From Bacteroidales bacterium (GTDB lineage: Bacteria > Bacteroidota > Bacteroidia > Bacteroidales > JAAYJT01), in contig JACZJK010000040.1 of the NCBI GenBank assembly GCA_014860575.1, positions 34,082 through 98,081 on the forward strand: DNA of 64,000 nt. Reading direction: 5' to 3'. Shown here piece by piece: positions 1 through 8,866 of the stretch (the first letter of the stretch is position 1; each line of letters opens with the position of its first letter). The position numbers were made by a program, and so were the translations under genes. A model generated the notes under the pieces. That model was not told the origin of the DNA, did no database searches, and saw only the letters and a list, made by a program, of their open reading frames with translations.

Positions 1-503
1 AACTCGATACATTGTTTAACATGCTTGGCCTTGGCGCCCTTAAATATTTTATCCTGAAAGTTGATCCACGCAAAACAATGCTGTTTAATCCCCAGGATTC
101 AATAGATTTCAACGGAAATACCGGGCCTTTTATCCAATATACACATGCCAGGATACAATCAGTGTATCGTAAGGCCGTTGATGCCGGTTGGGATGTTGAA
201 AGCTTAAACTGGCATGTTGGCGTTCCTGAAATACTTCCCCAAAAGGAAAAAGCTTTGTTGCGTATTTTATTTGAATACCCCATTGCAGTGAAGGAAGCCG
301 GCGATCAGTTAAGCCCGGCAGCAATCGCAAATTACGTGTACGAACTTGCACGGGAGTACAACCAATTTTATCATGAGTTTCCAATTCTGCGTGAAGAAAA
401 CACCGATCTGGCAACATTCCGTTTGGCCTTATCTATTTTTACGGGGCAAATAATTAAACAGTCAATGAGATTATTAGGTATTGATGTGCCGGACAGAATG
501 TGA
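1..503 (+). CDS. argS: arginine--tRNA ligase, C-terminal part (5' end outside window)
   Basis: Frame is open to the window edge. DALR anticodon-binding-domain sequence (GPFIQYTHARIQSV, ANYVYELAREYNQFYHE) and the LLGIDVPDRM terminus are typical of ArgS. Confidence 0.85.
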   Translation, partial: LDTLFNMLGLGALKYFILKVDPRKTMLFNPQDSIDFNGNTGPFIQYTHARIQSVYRKAVDAGWDVESLNWHVGVPEILPQKEKALLRILFEYPIAVKEAGDQLSPAAIANYVYELAREYNQFYHEFPILREENTDLATFRLALSIFTGQIIKQSMRLLGIDVPDRM

Positions 504-513
504 TTTATTTTAG

Positions 514-594
514 ATGAACTACTCAATTCTCTAAACTTCCTAAACTATCAACACTCTAAACTTCTAAACTTTCTTAGCGTCTTAGAGAAATTCA
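514..594 (+). repeat. degenerate tandem array, 8-nt period (core unit TCTAAACT, about 10 units)
   Basis: Read directly: ctcaattc/tctaaact/tcctaaact/atcaacac/tctaaact/tctaaact/ttcttagc/gtcttaga. The core is G-free on the + strand and starts 11 nt after the argS stop. A reverse-complement homologue lies at 41817-41890. Confidence 0.9.
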
Positions 595-650
595 CTGAAT
601 AAACCAGTTTTAGGATCAATGCCAGAACTTTACTTCAAATCCTGTATTCG

Positions 651-2207
651 TTAAAGCCCCGCCACAACCATCTTGCGGATCAGAGTCAATTTATCACTTT
701 TTAGATTCACGTAATAAACTCCTGGCGGAAGCTTATGTTTTGAAGCATCGAAAGTAACACGATAACTACCTCTTGCTTTAAAAGTGTTGTGTTCCAATGT
801 TGCTAAGTTTCTTCCAAACTGATCATATACGGCAAGCTGAATGATGCCAGGCTCGGAAAGCTTATAAGAAAATGTCGTAGTTTGAAGAAAGGGGTTCGGA
901 TAATTTTGTTCCAGACTGAATGGACGAAGTTCCTTTTCCGGTATGCCGACATTGATATCAACAATTGCCGTCCAGATGCTGTTATTGCTGTTATCCATGC
1001 GTGTCCAGACGGGCCTTACCATGTTATTGTAGACCGCAATGTTATTGTAGTCTCCAAAAAATACGTTTGGTGTCGGGGAAAACGGCGATTCGCTGATCAG
1101 GATGTTTTCGAAAGTTTCACCACCATCATGAGAAATAGCCAGGTACACATCAGTCTTGTTATCCACATAATTCCGGCGGTCGTAGAAAACAAAATACAGA
1201 TGGCCGGTAACCTGGTCAACATCCATCCAGGTAAAAAACTGGTGCTTTCCGGGGGGGTCATCATTCACGCGTTTGGGTTCAGTCCAGGTTTCGCCACCAT
1301 CGGTTGATTTTACGAGCCAAACGTCTGTGTCGTCCGAACCATTGCTTTGATCCGCGTAATTGATATAAATTGTTCCGTGGTTTGGCCCTCCACTCAGGTC
1401 GCATTTGGTTATCGGCATCCCGTTTGACCGGAAGATTCCGGGTATAGAAATATCCCACCCACCAGGTTGTGCTGTAACGAAAATGTCTTCCTCAAGCCAG
1501 GTTTCGCCCTGATCCAGAGAGCGGTCGAATACAATTCCTGCCGGTCCTGACCATGAAACGTAAATCTCGCCATTGGGTCCTACTGCGGGCACAGCGCCTT
1601 CGGTGGTATCGTCGCTATCAATGCAGTTGCCTGCAACTTCGTTGATACGAAACGCGGGGCTCCATGTTTGTCCTGTATCTGTTGACTTGCTGAACATGAT
1701 ATTGCTTTCACAAAGCGGGTTGCTGCTGCCATAGTCGTCAAACTGAGTCCAGGTAACGTAGATGTTATTATTTGTGCGATCAACCACGCCCCATTCCTTG
1801 TCCTGGGCCTTGGCTCCATTCAGACCCATAAAAGTTCCGGCACCCCAGGTGCGGCCTATTTTATCGAATTTCTGGCAAACGATGCGGTCAATCCAGTTTC
1901 CTGAAACCGGGTTCGAAAGATGAAAGAAATAGAAATCACCAAGTGTATCGGCAATGATTACCGGGTCGCCCCATACACCATAATCAGGTTCGGTAAGGAT
2001 GCCATGCTCCCAGCTGAGGCCGCCATCTTCCGAGTAGAAATAATTGTTGAGGTTGGTTCCGGCCATGATTTCCAAGGTATTCTTTGGATTGATGTAAATA
2101 CTTGGTTCATTGAATCCTCCATAATCGCTCATTCTTACATTGAGGTACTGGGCGTTCAAAATAATAGAGCAGGTTGAAAGAGAAATCAATAGAAATAAAT
2201 TTTTCAT
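651..2207 (-). CDS. secreted BNR/sialidase-like beta-propeller protein with T9SS C-terminal sorting domain
   Basis: 518-aa ORF with signal peptide MKNLFLLISLSTCSIILNA. Five Asp-box/BNR motifs (SEDGGLSW, STDTGQTW, SLDQGETW, STDGGETW, SHDGGETF). The last ~80 aa (NYPNPF...GVYYVNL) fit the T9SS CTD pattern. Confidence 0.8.
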   Translation of the reverse strand: MKNLFLLISLSTCSIILNAQYLNVRMSDYGGFNEPSIYINPKNTLEIMAGTNLNNYFYSEDGGLSWEHGILTEPDYGVWGDPVIIADTLGDFYFFHLSNPVSGNWIDRIVCQKFDKIGRTWGAGTFMGLNGAKAQDKEWGVVDRTNNNIYVTWTQFDDYGSSNPLCESNIMFSKSTDTGQTWSPAFRINEVAGNCIDSDDTTEGAVPAVGPNGEIYVSWSGPAGIVFDRSLDQGETWLEEDIFVTAQPGGWDISIPGIFRSNGMPITKCDLSGGPNHGTIYINYADQSNGSDDTDVWLVKSTDGGETWTEPKRVNDDPPGKHQFFTWMDVDQVTGHLYFVFYDRRNYVDNKTDVYLAISHDGGETFENILISESPFSPTPNVFFGDYNNIAVYNNMVRPVWTRMDNSNNSIWTAIVDINVGIPEKELRPFSLEQNYPNPFLQTTTFSYKLSEPGIIQLAVYDQFGRNLATLEHNTFKARGSYRVTFDASKHKLPPGVYYVNLKSDKLTLIRKMVVAGL

Positions 2208-2316
2208 AGCCTTCCGGAATTAAGATGAAACCTTTGCGACAATTACAAAAACGTTGCTTACAAAAGTAGGGATAATATTTCAAGCTTTATTGGGTGGTGC
2301 GATCACCAAAAAATGA

Positions 2317-2433
2317 CTGCCTCAAGAAGTTAATTCTTGTCATCCTGAACGAAGTGATGGATCTGAACTATCTTGATATTCTTCGATGCGTTCAGGATGA
2401 CAAAAAAAAGTAAAACCACTAGTTTTAAGGCAG
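2317..2433. repeat. nested palindromic intergenic element, copy A (core TGTCATCCTGAACGAAG...CGTTCAGGATGACA)
   Basis: Outer arms are ctgcctcaa / ttaaggcag and the inner arms are a 20-bp imperfect inverted repeat at 2338-2402. T-runs flank both sides. The same architecture occurs at 26062-26195, 29138-29270 and 51193-51279. Confidence 0.9.
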
Positions 2434-2458
2434 CCTTTTTTGAAAATACTTTCTCAGT

Positions 2459-4381
2459 TTATCGCACCATTACCTTTTGGTTTGAAGTCCCTGCTTCGGA
2501 TTCAATTTGCAGATGATACATGCCAGGTGTAAGTCCATTTGTGTTGATGTTGATAGTTTTATCATTAACCAATGTGGAAATTACAAGTTGCCCGGTACTA
2601 TTGAAAACCTTAATCTCCCTGATGTTGCGATTGGCCTGAACGTGCAGGAAACCGGTCGCAGGATTCGGGTACACCATTACCGCATTGGGTTCGCCAAGTG
2701 CGTTGATTCCGATATAATAATCAAACGTTACCGGAACTTCAATGATGAAGTTATCCGGATCGTTGCTTTCAATTAACAAATATGCGTAATAGGCTTTTAT
2801 TTCCAGACCTGCCGAATTGAAAGTCACTGTAACAATATCCTCTGCCATCGGCTCAACTATGCCTGATTCCGGGCTTACAGAAAGCCAGCTTAGAGCTTGG
2901 TAAGTAATAACATTTTCTTCTGGACTTGTGCTTTCTACGTATTCAATATTTATATAATAGGACAACGGGCCTTCACCTATATTACCTATAGTCATTTCCT
3001 GTGTCTCAATCTGGTTTGGTACGATTTGTTGCATCAATTCGCCAGGGTTAACTACAATTGTAGGTGGCAGGAAATAAGAAACAATAAGTGTCGCTGGAAC
3101 ACTGACTGTTGGATTGCCGGGATCATTGCTTGTTATCTGAAGAACAGCTTCGTAATCGCCATAATCCAGGCCTGTTGCATCAAAAGTAACCATTACATCC
3201 AGGGTTTGTCCGGCACCAACGGTTCCGGTAGAAATAGCTGTATAGAGCCAATCATCGGGTGGAGGAGTGATCGCAATGATTTCATATCCGAAAATTTTGT
3301 TAGGTTCTCCTTGTGTACAACCACCAAGGGTTATTGTACCTTCAAAAAGGTCGGGATAAATCCATAAACCACCTGCAAGATGTTGCGCTCCATGTTCGCC
3401 ACTAATACTGTGTGATACGCCGGTGAGCGTTCCATCAGGCATGGTCATCTGCTCAACCTGGCAGCCCAGATCCGTAATTGTTCCAGTAAAGAGCCACATA
3501 TAAGGGCCGCCTGGTGATAGCTCATCATATGCAATGCCGTAACAACTTGGAGTTGTTGGTCCTACCAGAAGAATAGTACCTGTACGGCTTACCAGCGTTA
3601 AAGCTGTTGACCAGTTATTGACCCAAAATCCATCTGCTGCCTCATCGTACGCAATTGCCCTTACTGCACCGGTATAGGGAATAGTGCTTACAAGTACTTC
3701 GTTCACGAAATCCATCTTCCATATGCCTGTATTAGCTACTGCATTGCTGCCATAGAAAAACTCACCATCAAAAGCCAGGTCCCTGATACCAGTAACTCCA
3801 GGGATTGTGAATGTTTCAATAAAAGTTCCATCAAGGGCGAATTTATTTATTGACGGGCCAATCCAAACTGCTGTATAGATATATTCGCCATCGGTTTCAC
3901 TACCGGCGTGGTTTGACATAGCTGAAGATGTTTGCACATCATACACAAATTGCAGGTCCCACATCGCAAGTGTGTTTTCCACTTCACGAGGTGTTGCTGA
4001 AGGATCGGTTTCTGCATTGGCAGTGTTGCCGTATGCAAAGTCAAGTTCGAGGAAATGGTATTGTTGTTTCTGTCCTCTTTTGCCAATAAAGTCAATCTCG
4101 ATAGTAAAATTAAGATCATCTTCGCCAATGTTGCTGATTGACAAAACCTGAACTGATGCGGCGTTTGGCTCGAGCACTTCCGAGAGGGCAGTGGGGTTTA
4201 CAGAAATTTCGGGGTCAAGACGATCGTAGGCAGCTGCACAAGCAAGATTGTCATCAACCATAAGCACGTGATTCAATTCATGTGAAGACGCTGTGATCCC
4301 GGTAGCTTGTGCGAGCCATTGCGCAACTGATTGCAAACTAATAGCAATTATTGCGCTAAACAGAAGTACTTTCTTTATCAT
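2459..4381 (-). CDS. T9SS-sorted secreted protein, function unknown
   Basis: ORF 2459-4414, trimmed to the Met that starts the signal peptide MIKKVLLFSAIIAISLQSVAQ. C-terminal VYPNPATGFLHVQ...GMYHLQIE is a T9SS CTD. The last ~130 aa are paralogous to the neighbour 4611-6446. Confidence 0.75.
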   Translation of the reverse strand: MIKKVLLFSAIIAISLQSVAQWLAQATGITASSHELNHVLMVDDNLACAAAYDRLDPEISVNPTALSEVLEPNAASVQVLSISNIGEDDLNFTIEIDFIGKRGQKQQYHFLELDFAYGNTANAETDPSATPREVENTLAMWDLQFVYDVQTSSAMSNHAGSETDGEYIYTAVWIGPSINKFALDGTFIETFTIPGVTGIRDLAFDGEFFYGSNAVANTGIWKMDFVNEVLVSTIPYTGAVRAIAYDEAADGFWVNNWSTALTLVSRTGTILLVGPTTPSCYGIAYDELSPGGPYMWLFTGTITDLGCQVEQMTMPDGTLTGVSHSISGEHGAQHLAGGLWIYPDLFEGTITLGGCTQGEPNKIFGYEIIAITPPPDDWLYTAISTGTVGAGQTLDVMVTFDATGLDYGDYEAVLQITSNDPGNPTVSVPATLIVSYFLPPTIVVNPGELMQQIVPNQIETQEMTIGNIGEGPLSYYINIEYVESTSPEENVITYQALSWLSVSPESGIVEPMAEDIVTVTFNSAGLEIKAYYAYLLIESNDPDNFIIEVPVTFDYYIGINALGEPNAVMVYPNPATGFLHVQANRNIREIKVFNSTGQLVISTLVNDKTININTNGLTPGMYHLQIESEAGTSNQKVMVR

Positions 4382-4551
4382 TAGGTTTATTTTGCCACAC
4401 CTGAGTACTAACACAAAGCAAATGTAATAATAATTGGTTGGGTTAGTTTTGATCGATGATAAAATTAATGATTATCAAGCAATTCTAAGTCAATATTATC
4501 GAATCCTATAGATCTCTTCAATATTGGCCTTCTAAGCTCTTTGCACCACAT

Positions 4552-4587
4552 GAAAAATCAAAAGGCTGCCTGAGAGGCAGCCTTTTG
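4552..4587 (-). terminator. intrinsic terminator hairpin downstream of 4611-6446
   Basis: Perfect 12-bp stem caaaaggctgcc/ggcagccttttg with a 5-nt loop. It is followed on the - strand by a TTTTT run and lies 24 nt after the stop codon. Confidence 0.75.
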
Positions 4588-4610
4588 ATTTAAAATTATT
4601 GCATTTTACT

Positions 4611-6446
4611 TTAATCAATCATTACCTTGCGGTTTGATATACCCGCTTCAGTTTCAATTTGAAGTAAATAAATGCCAGGAGCCAGAGATCTGGTTTCAAG
4701 ATTGGTTGACTTGCCATCAATTCGTTTGCTGAGCACTAGTTGCCCTGTATTGGTAAACAACCTTGCTTCATTCATCTGGTGGTTGGCCTGTATGCGCAGA
4801 TAATCCGAGGTAGGATTTGGGTAAACCATTACAGAATTAGGTTCTCCCAATTCATTTACTCCCAGAATTACATCAAGCGTTACTGGTACGATCACAACTG
4901 GATTAGCAATGTCATTGCTTTTTACTTTTAAGATTCCTTCATAATCTCCAACAGTAAGCAGGGTGGCATCGAATGTGACAGTGTGGTTTGCATCTTCTGC
5001 AGGGTCGAGCAGGCCGATGGCGGGCGCAACAGATAACCATTGTGCCATGCCGTCGCCTGTGAGGGTACCGCGAATATTCCAATTGTAATCCAGGCTTGAA
5101 ACTGTCCAGCCTACACCAGGTTTAATAAAATGGCCGTTAGGATTTGCTGGTCCTGCATCAGCACCGATAGGAAATATGCCACCAACTGCTTGAGCAACCC
5201 AATAACCAATCCAGATATCTTCGCCGGTAATTGTAATAGGTGTATTCAGGGTGAGTGTGAACCATCCCGGGAATGTAGCAGCAAAAGCCTGCTCTAAGAG
5301 CAGTGGTCCTGGTTCATACGATTCACCTTCTCCGTAAATTCTGATCTTGAAGGCGCAATTTTCAGTATGATAAATGTAGAAATCGACCTGGGTGAGCTCC
5401 ATGCCGGCATAAGGCAATGTCATACTATGTGGAAATCTTGCTGCTACTTCATAAACGGTTGGATCAGGATATCCAACTCCAGTATCATTAGGTCCATCAT
5501 AGTTCAGTAAAACATCTTCCGTATTGGATGGAGCGTTTCCGCCGGGTTTGTGATTAGGATCAGCAACCAAATCCATGCCAGTGGTTTTGAATTCATTGTA
5601 ATAACCGGTGGATTCAGCAATAGCCTGATTTTTTTTATCAGGGAAAGCATAATTTATCTCAATGCTATAATCTAATGGTGCATTTCCAATATTGGCAACG
5701 TTAATCATATCTGTGGATGATTCTCCGGTTGAGAGATCAACCATGAATTCTTCAGGAGTAACTTCAACCTGTGGTACAGTTCCTGAGGCAAGCTCAGTAA
5801 AGGTGACATCATCAAAGTAGAATTTAGGCGTTTGGCCGGTTGGTGCACCGGCAAAAACGTTCATTCCACCAAGTTGAACAATGCCTTGAACTCCCTGTGA
5901 GCTAAGACTCCACTGCCATTCATGAATCAGATTATTATTAATGTAGAGTTCTGCCCAGTCTTCATCAAGGTCAATAATGTTATGGATGAGCACCCATTGA
6001 TTTTGGGGATAATTAAAAGTAGCGGCATTTTGACCACCGGCATGAACTAATCCTGTGCCATCATTATTAAAATAAACTTCCAACACCCATTCAATACCTG
6101 GCGACTGATAGCGCTGAAAATTATAGTAGCCTGCAAAACCTGTTGGAACAAAGTAATACATATCAAGCTGATATTTCCCACTTATCTTGTTTCCAAATCC
6201 TAAAACAAGGTCAGAAACACCTTCCACAAGAACCGATTTTGTTGGGCTGTTAGATTGATCATTAACGATAAAAGCATCCTCGGTCGTTCCGGGAGTATTG
6301 CTCCATGTGGTCCAGGCATCACTTTGCACTGCAAGGTAACCCCCAACAGTATAGGACTCAAAATCATCTTCATAGATGATCGTTTGTGCGGTGATTTGCA
6401 TTGTGAATGCAATCAGGGCAAGGGAAAGAAGTAGTTTTTTCATCAT
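4611..6446 (-). CDS. T9SS-sorted secreted protein, function unknown
   Basis: 611 aa with signal peptide MMKKLLLSLALIAFTMQITAQ. C-terminal VYPNPTSDYLRIQ...GIYLLQIE is a T9SS CTD. Confidence 0.75.
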   Translation of the reverse strand: MMKKLLLSLALIAFTMQITAQTIIYEDDFESYTVGGYLAVQSDAWTTWSNTPGTTEDAFIVNDQSNSPTKSVLVEGVSDLVLGFGNKISGKYQLDMYYFVPTGFAGYYNFQRYQSPGIEWVLEVYFNNDGTGLVHAGGQNAATFNYPQNQWVLIHNIIDLDEDWAELYINNNLIHEWQWSLSSQGVQGIVQLGGMNVFAGAPTGQTPKFYFDDVTFTELASGTVPQVEVTPEEFMVDLSTGESSTDMINVANIGNAPLDYSIEINYAFPDKKNQAIAESTGYYNEFKTTGMDLVADPNHKPGGNAPSNTEDVLLNYDGPNDTGVGYPDPTVYEVAARFPHSMTLPYAGMELTQVDFYIYHTENCAFKIRIYGEGESYEPGPLLLEQAFAATFPGWFTLTLNTPITITGEDIWIGYWVAQAVGGIFPIGADAGPANPNGHFIKPGVGWTVSSLDYNWNIRGTLTGDGMAQWLSVAPAIGLLDPAEDANHTVTFDATLLTVGDYEGILKVKSNDIANPVVIVPVTLDVILGVNELGEPNSVMVYPNPTSDYLRIQANHQMNEARLFTNTGQLVLSKRIDGKSTNLETRSLAPGIYLLQIETEAGISNRKVMID

Positions 6447-6568
6447 AATAATTAATTAGGTTAAACGAAAAGGTTATAGTTGGGCAAATATAACTATTAT
6501 TGATGCAACTGCGCTATATTATTGCTTAGAAATTTGTTAAAAAACTTTTAATTCCAGATTAAGATGAA

Positions 6569-7171
6569 CTAATTTGCCATTAAATCTTCTGCCTTTTGCG
6601 GGCTTATGATGAACCTATAGGGTAGCTGAGCATCTTCTTCAGCATAGGCAATACCAATGCGGGGAGTGCACATTATCTTATGATGATCAATGCTTAAGCC
6701 TGTATCTTCAAGCCAAATCAACTCGCCTGCCAGGTCAGTTCCAGTATGGTTTTTATTTATTCTCAGGGCTTTTGAAACCCTTCCCGGTCCACATATGAAC
6801 CCATTATTAAATGGGGTATCAGCCAGTCGCTGTCTAATGCTTTCTAATCCATGAGTTGCCAAAATGCCACGTATAAGAACCGCATCAGGTACTTCCACGG
6901 GGCCGGTAACAATATTAAATAGTGAGTGGATGCCATAACATAAGTAAACATAGGCTACCCCGCCACTTTGATACATTACCCTTGTACGTAGCGTACGTTT
7001 CCCGGCATAGGCATGCGAAGCTTTGTCACGAATGCCGGCATATGCTTCCGTTTCAATGATGATACCCCCACAAACCGCACCTTCAAAATTTGTAAACAGG
7101 GCCTTACCTATCAAATCCCTGGCGATTTTTGTAACATCTGCTTCCAGGTAGTACGACTGCCTGAGTTTCAT
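6569..7171 (-). CDS. mpg: DNA-3-methyladenine glycosylase (MPG/AAG family)
   Basis: 200 aa. IIETEAYAG...DKASHAYAGKRT.RT.VMY..GG.AYVYLCYGIH..NIV is the characteristic MPG family pattern. Confidence 0.85.
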   Translation of the reverse strand: MKLRQSYYLEADVTKIARDLIGKALFTNFEGAVCGGIIIETEAYAGIRDKASHAYAGKRTLRTRVMYQSGGVAYVYLCYGIHSLFNIVTGPVEVPDAVLIRGILATHGLESIRQRLADTPFNNGFICGPGRVSKALRINKNHTGTDLAGELIWLEDTGLSIDHHKIMCTPRIGIAYAEEDAQLPYRFIISPQKAEDLMAN

Positions 7172-7281
7172 GAATGATCAGTTCTTTTGTGTTAATACCA
7201 TTTTGCCAGCCAAAATTACAAAAGATATGCAAGGTTGCCATAAATCATGGAATTGCCTTGCAAAACCCTGTTATATTATTT

Positions 7282-7289
7282 TACCTTTG
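7282..7289 (+). promoter_or_regulatory. candidate Bacteroidota -7 promoter box (TAccTTTG)
   Basis: Matches the TAnnTTTG motif about 77 nt upstream of the ATG at 7366. Confidence 0.35.
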
Positions 7290-7365
7290 CCATTATAAAA
7301 AGTAAGAAACCATATTTTTTATGCCTGCTATTTTTTAACCTTCATTAATCACCATTTAAAAGTAA

Positions 7366-8154
7366 ATGATTAAAACAATGAAAAAGTATCTAATTAGAAC
7401 ACTGTTGTTTGCCTTGATATCCTTTATTGGTGTTCAAACATTGCATGCCCAGGGATCACTGATCCGGAAAGCTAAGGGTCGTGTCGAAGATAAGATCATT
7501 GACAAGATCTTCAATGACACAGATGAGAGCAAAGAAACAGAAACAGAAGTAGCTGAACCTGAATCCGCTGAAACTACCAGAAACCGAAAGGGAAGCGGCC
7601 TCTCACAGGATGTTCCTGATGTGAATCAGTACATTGCCGATGCTGATGAAGCTTATGCCAATAAGAGCTACTCCGAAGCAAAAGCTGCTGCAAGGCAAGC
7701 GATATGGGGTGTTGAAATTGAGATCGGAAATAATATCCTGAAATCGCTTCCCGATAATGTTGAAGGATTGAAAGCTGTTCCCGAAGAAGACCGTGTAACA
7801 AGCACAGGTGTTGGCTTTGTAGGCCTTGTGATTGAACGTGTTTACCAGGGAAAGGATGACATGGAGTTAAGGGTCAACATCGGGAATGATGCTGCTTTAC
7901 TCGGAATGGCCGGTATGTACATGGTTAGTGGAATGTACCAGTCTACCGACGAAACCAACCAGAAGCAGATTCGCTTTAAAGACCATAACGCCACCATCAG
8001 CTACGACGATTACGATGGTTACTCGCTGGGAGTTCCATTTGGGCAATCATCTATTTTTGTAGTTAAAGGAGCCAACTTCGAAACCGAAGCCCAGTTTATG
8101 GCGGCCGCCAACCATTTTGATATTGACAGAATTAAAAAAGATCTAGGAGAATAA
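7366..8154 (+). CDS. hypothetical secreted protein (paralogue of next gene)
   Basis: 262 aa with a signal peptide ending in LHAQ. It shares the layout ...A.QAI..IE..IG..I.K.LP... followed by a beta-rich C-terminal half with 8154-8750. Confidence 0.6.
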   Translation: MIKTMKKYLIRTLLFALISFIGVQTLHAQGSLIRKAKGRVEDKIIDKIFNDTDESKETETEVAEPESAETTRNRKGSGLSQDVPDVNQYIADADEAYANKSYSEAKAAARQAIWGVEIEIGNNILKSLPDNVEGLKAVPEEDRVTSTGVGFVGLVIERVYQGKDDMELRVNIGNDAALLGMAGMYMVSGMYQSTDETNQKQIRFKDHNATISYDDYDGYSLGVPFGQSSIFVVKGANFETEAQFMAAANHFDIDRIKKDLGE

Positions 8155-8750
8155 TGAAAAATTTAATTTTTACTTTAGTATTTGCCTGCACCCTGGCTGC
8201 AGGCCTGAACGCCCAGGATGTAAACGCTCAGCTTAGCGAGGCCAAATCTTCCTATAATTCAGGCGATCTTCAAAGCACACGTTTTGCGCTGCAACAGGCA
8301 ATCAATGAGATTGATAAAGCTATTGGCGCTGAAATCATGAAAATCCTGCCAACCTCAATGGGGGACTTAAGTTTTATTGAATCAAGCGATAATATTACAG
8401 CAACTTCTTCAGGCTTCGCGGGTGTTTTTGTAAGCCGCAGTTATGGTGCAGAAGATGAAACCAATGCATCCTTGCAGGTTATCAGCGATTCACCAATGCT
8501 TGCCGGTGTAAACGCACTTCTTGCAATGCCAATGTTTGTAAGCGATCCCAGCCAGAAAAAAATCAAGGTTGGAAGTTACAGGGCATTGCTGCAAAAAACC
8601 GAAGACGAAAACGGGGTATCATGGGATGTTCAAATTCCTGTACGATCCACTTTGATCACTTTGCATACTACCGGAATTGACACTGAGAAAGCAGTTACTG
8701 AAATGGCCGGCACCATTCCTGTAGACCAGATCGCGAAATTTGCCCAGTAA
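8154..8750 (+). CDS. hypothetical secreted protein (paralogue of previous gene)
   Basis: 198 aa with signal peptide MKNLIFTLVFACTLAAGLNAQ. Its start overlaps the upstream stop (TAATG). Confidence 0.6.
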   Translation: MKNLIFTLVFACTLAAGLNAQDVNAQLSEAKSSYNSGDLQSTRFALQQAINEIDKAIGAEIMKILPTSMGDLSFIESSDNITATSSGFAGVFVSRSYGAEDETNASLQVISDSPMLAGVNALLAMPMFVSDPSQKKIKVGSYRALLQKTEDENGVSWDVQIPVRSTLITLHTTGIDTEKAVTEMAGTIPVDQIAKFAQ

Positions 8751-8777
8751 ATGTAAAATACATTTCTAACTCACAGA

Positions 8778-8822
8778 AGAAAGCCCGGATTGCATCGCAA
8801 TTTGGGCTTTCTTTCTTATTTT
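8778..8822 (+). terminator. candidate intrinsic terminator
   Basis: Stem agaaagccc/gggctttct encloses a small inner hairpin attgc-atc-gcaat and is followed by a T-rich run. It lies 28 nt after the stop at 8750. Confidence 0.5.
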
Positions 8823-8824
8823 CA

Positions 8825-8832
8825 TAGCTTTG
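8825..8832 (+). promoter_or_regulatory. candidate -7 promoter box (TAgcTTTG)
   Basis: TAnnTTTG motif 35 nt upstream of the ATG at 8867. Confidence 0.4.
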
Positions 8833-8866
8833 CAAATCACCAATAGATTTAATTAATTCAACTACT

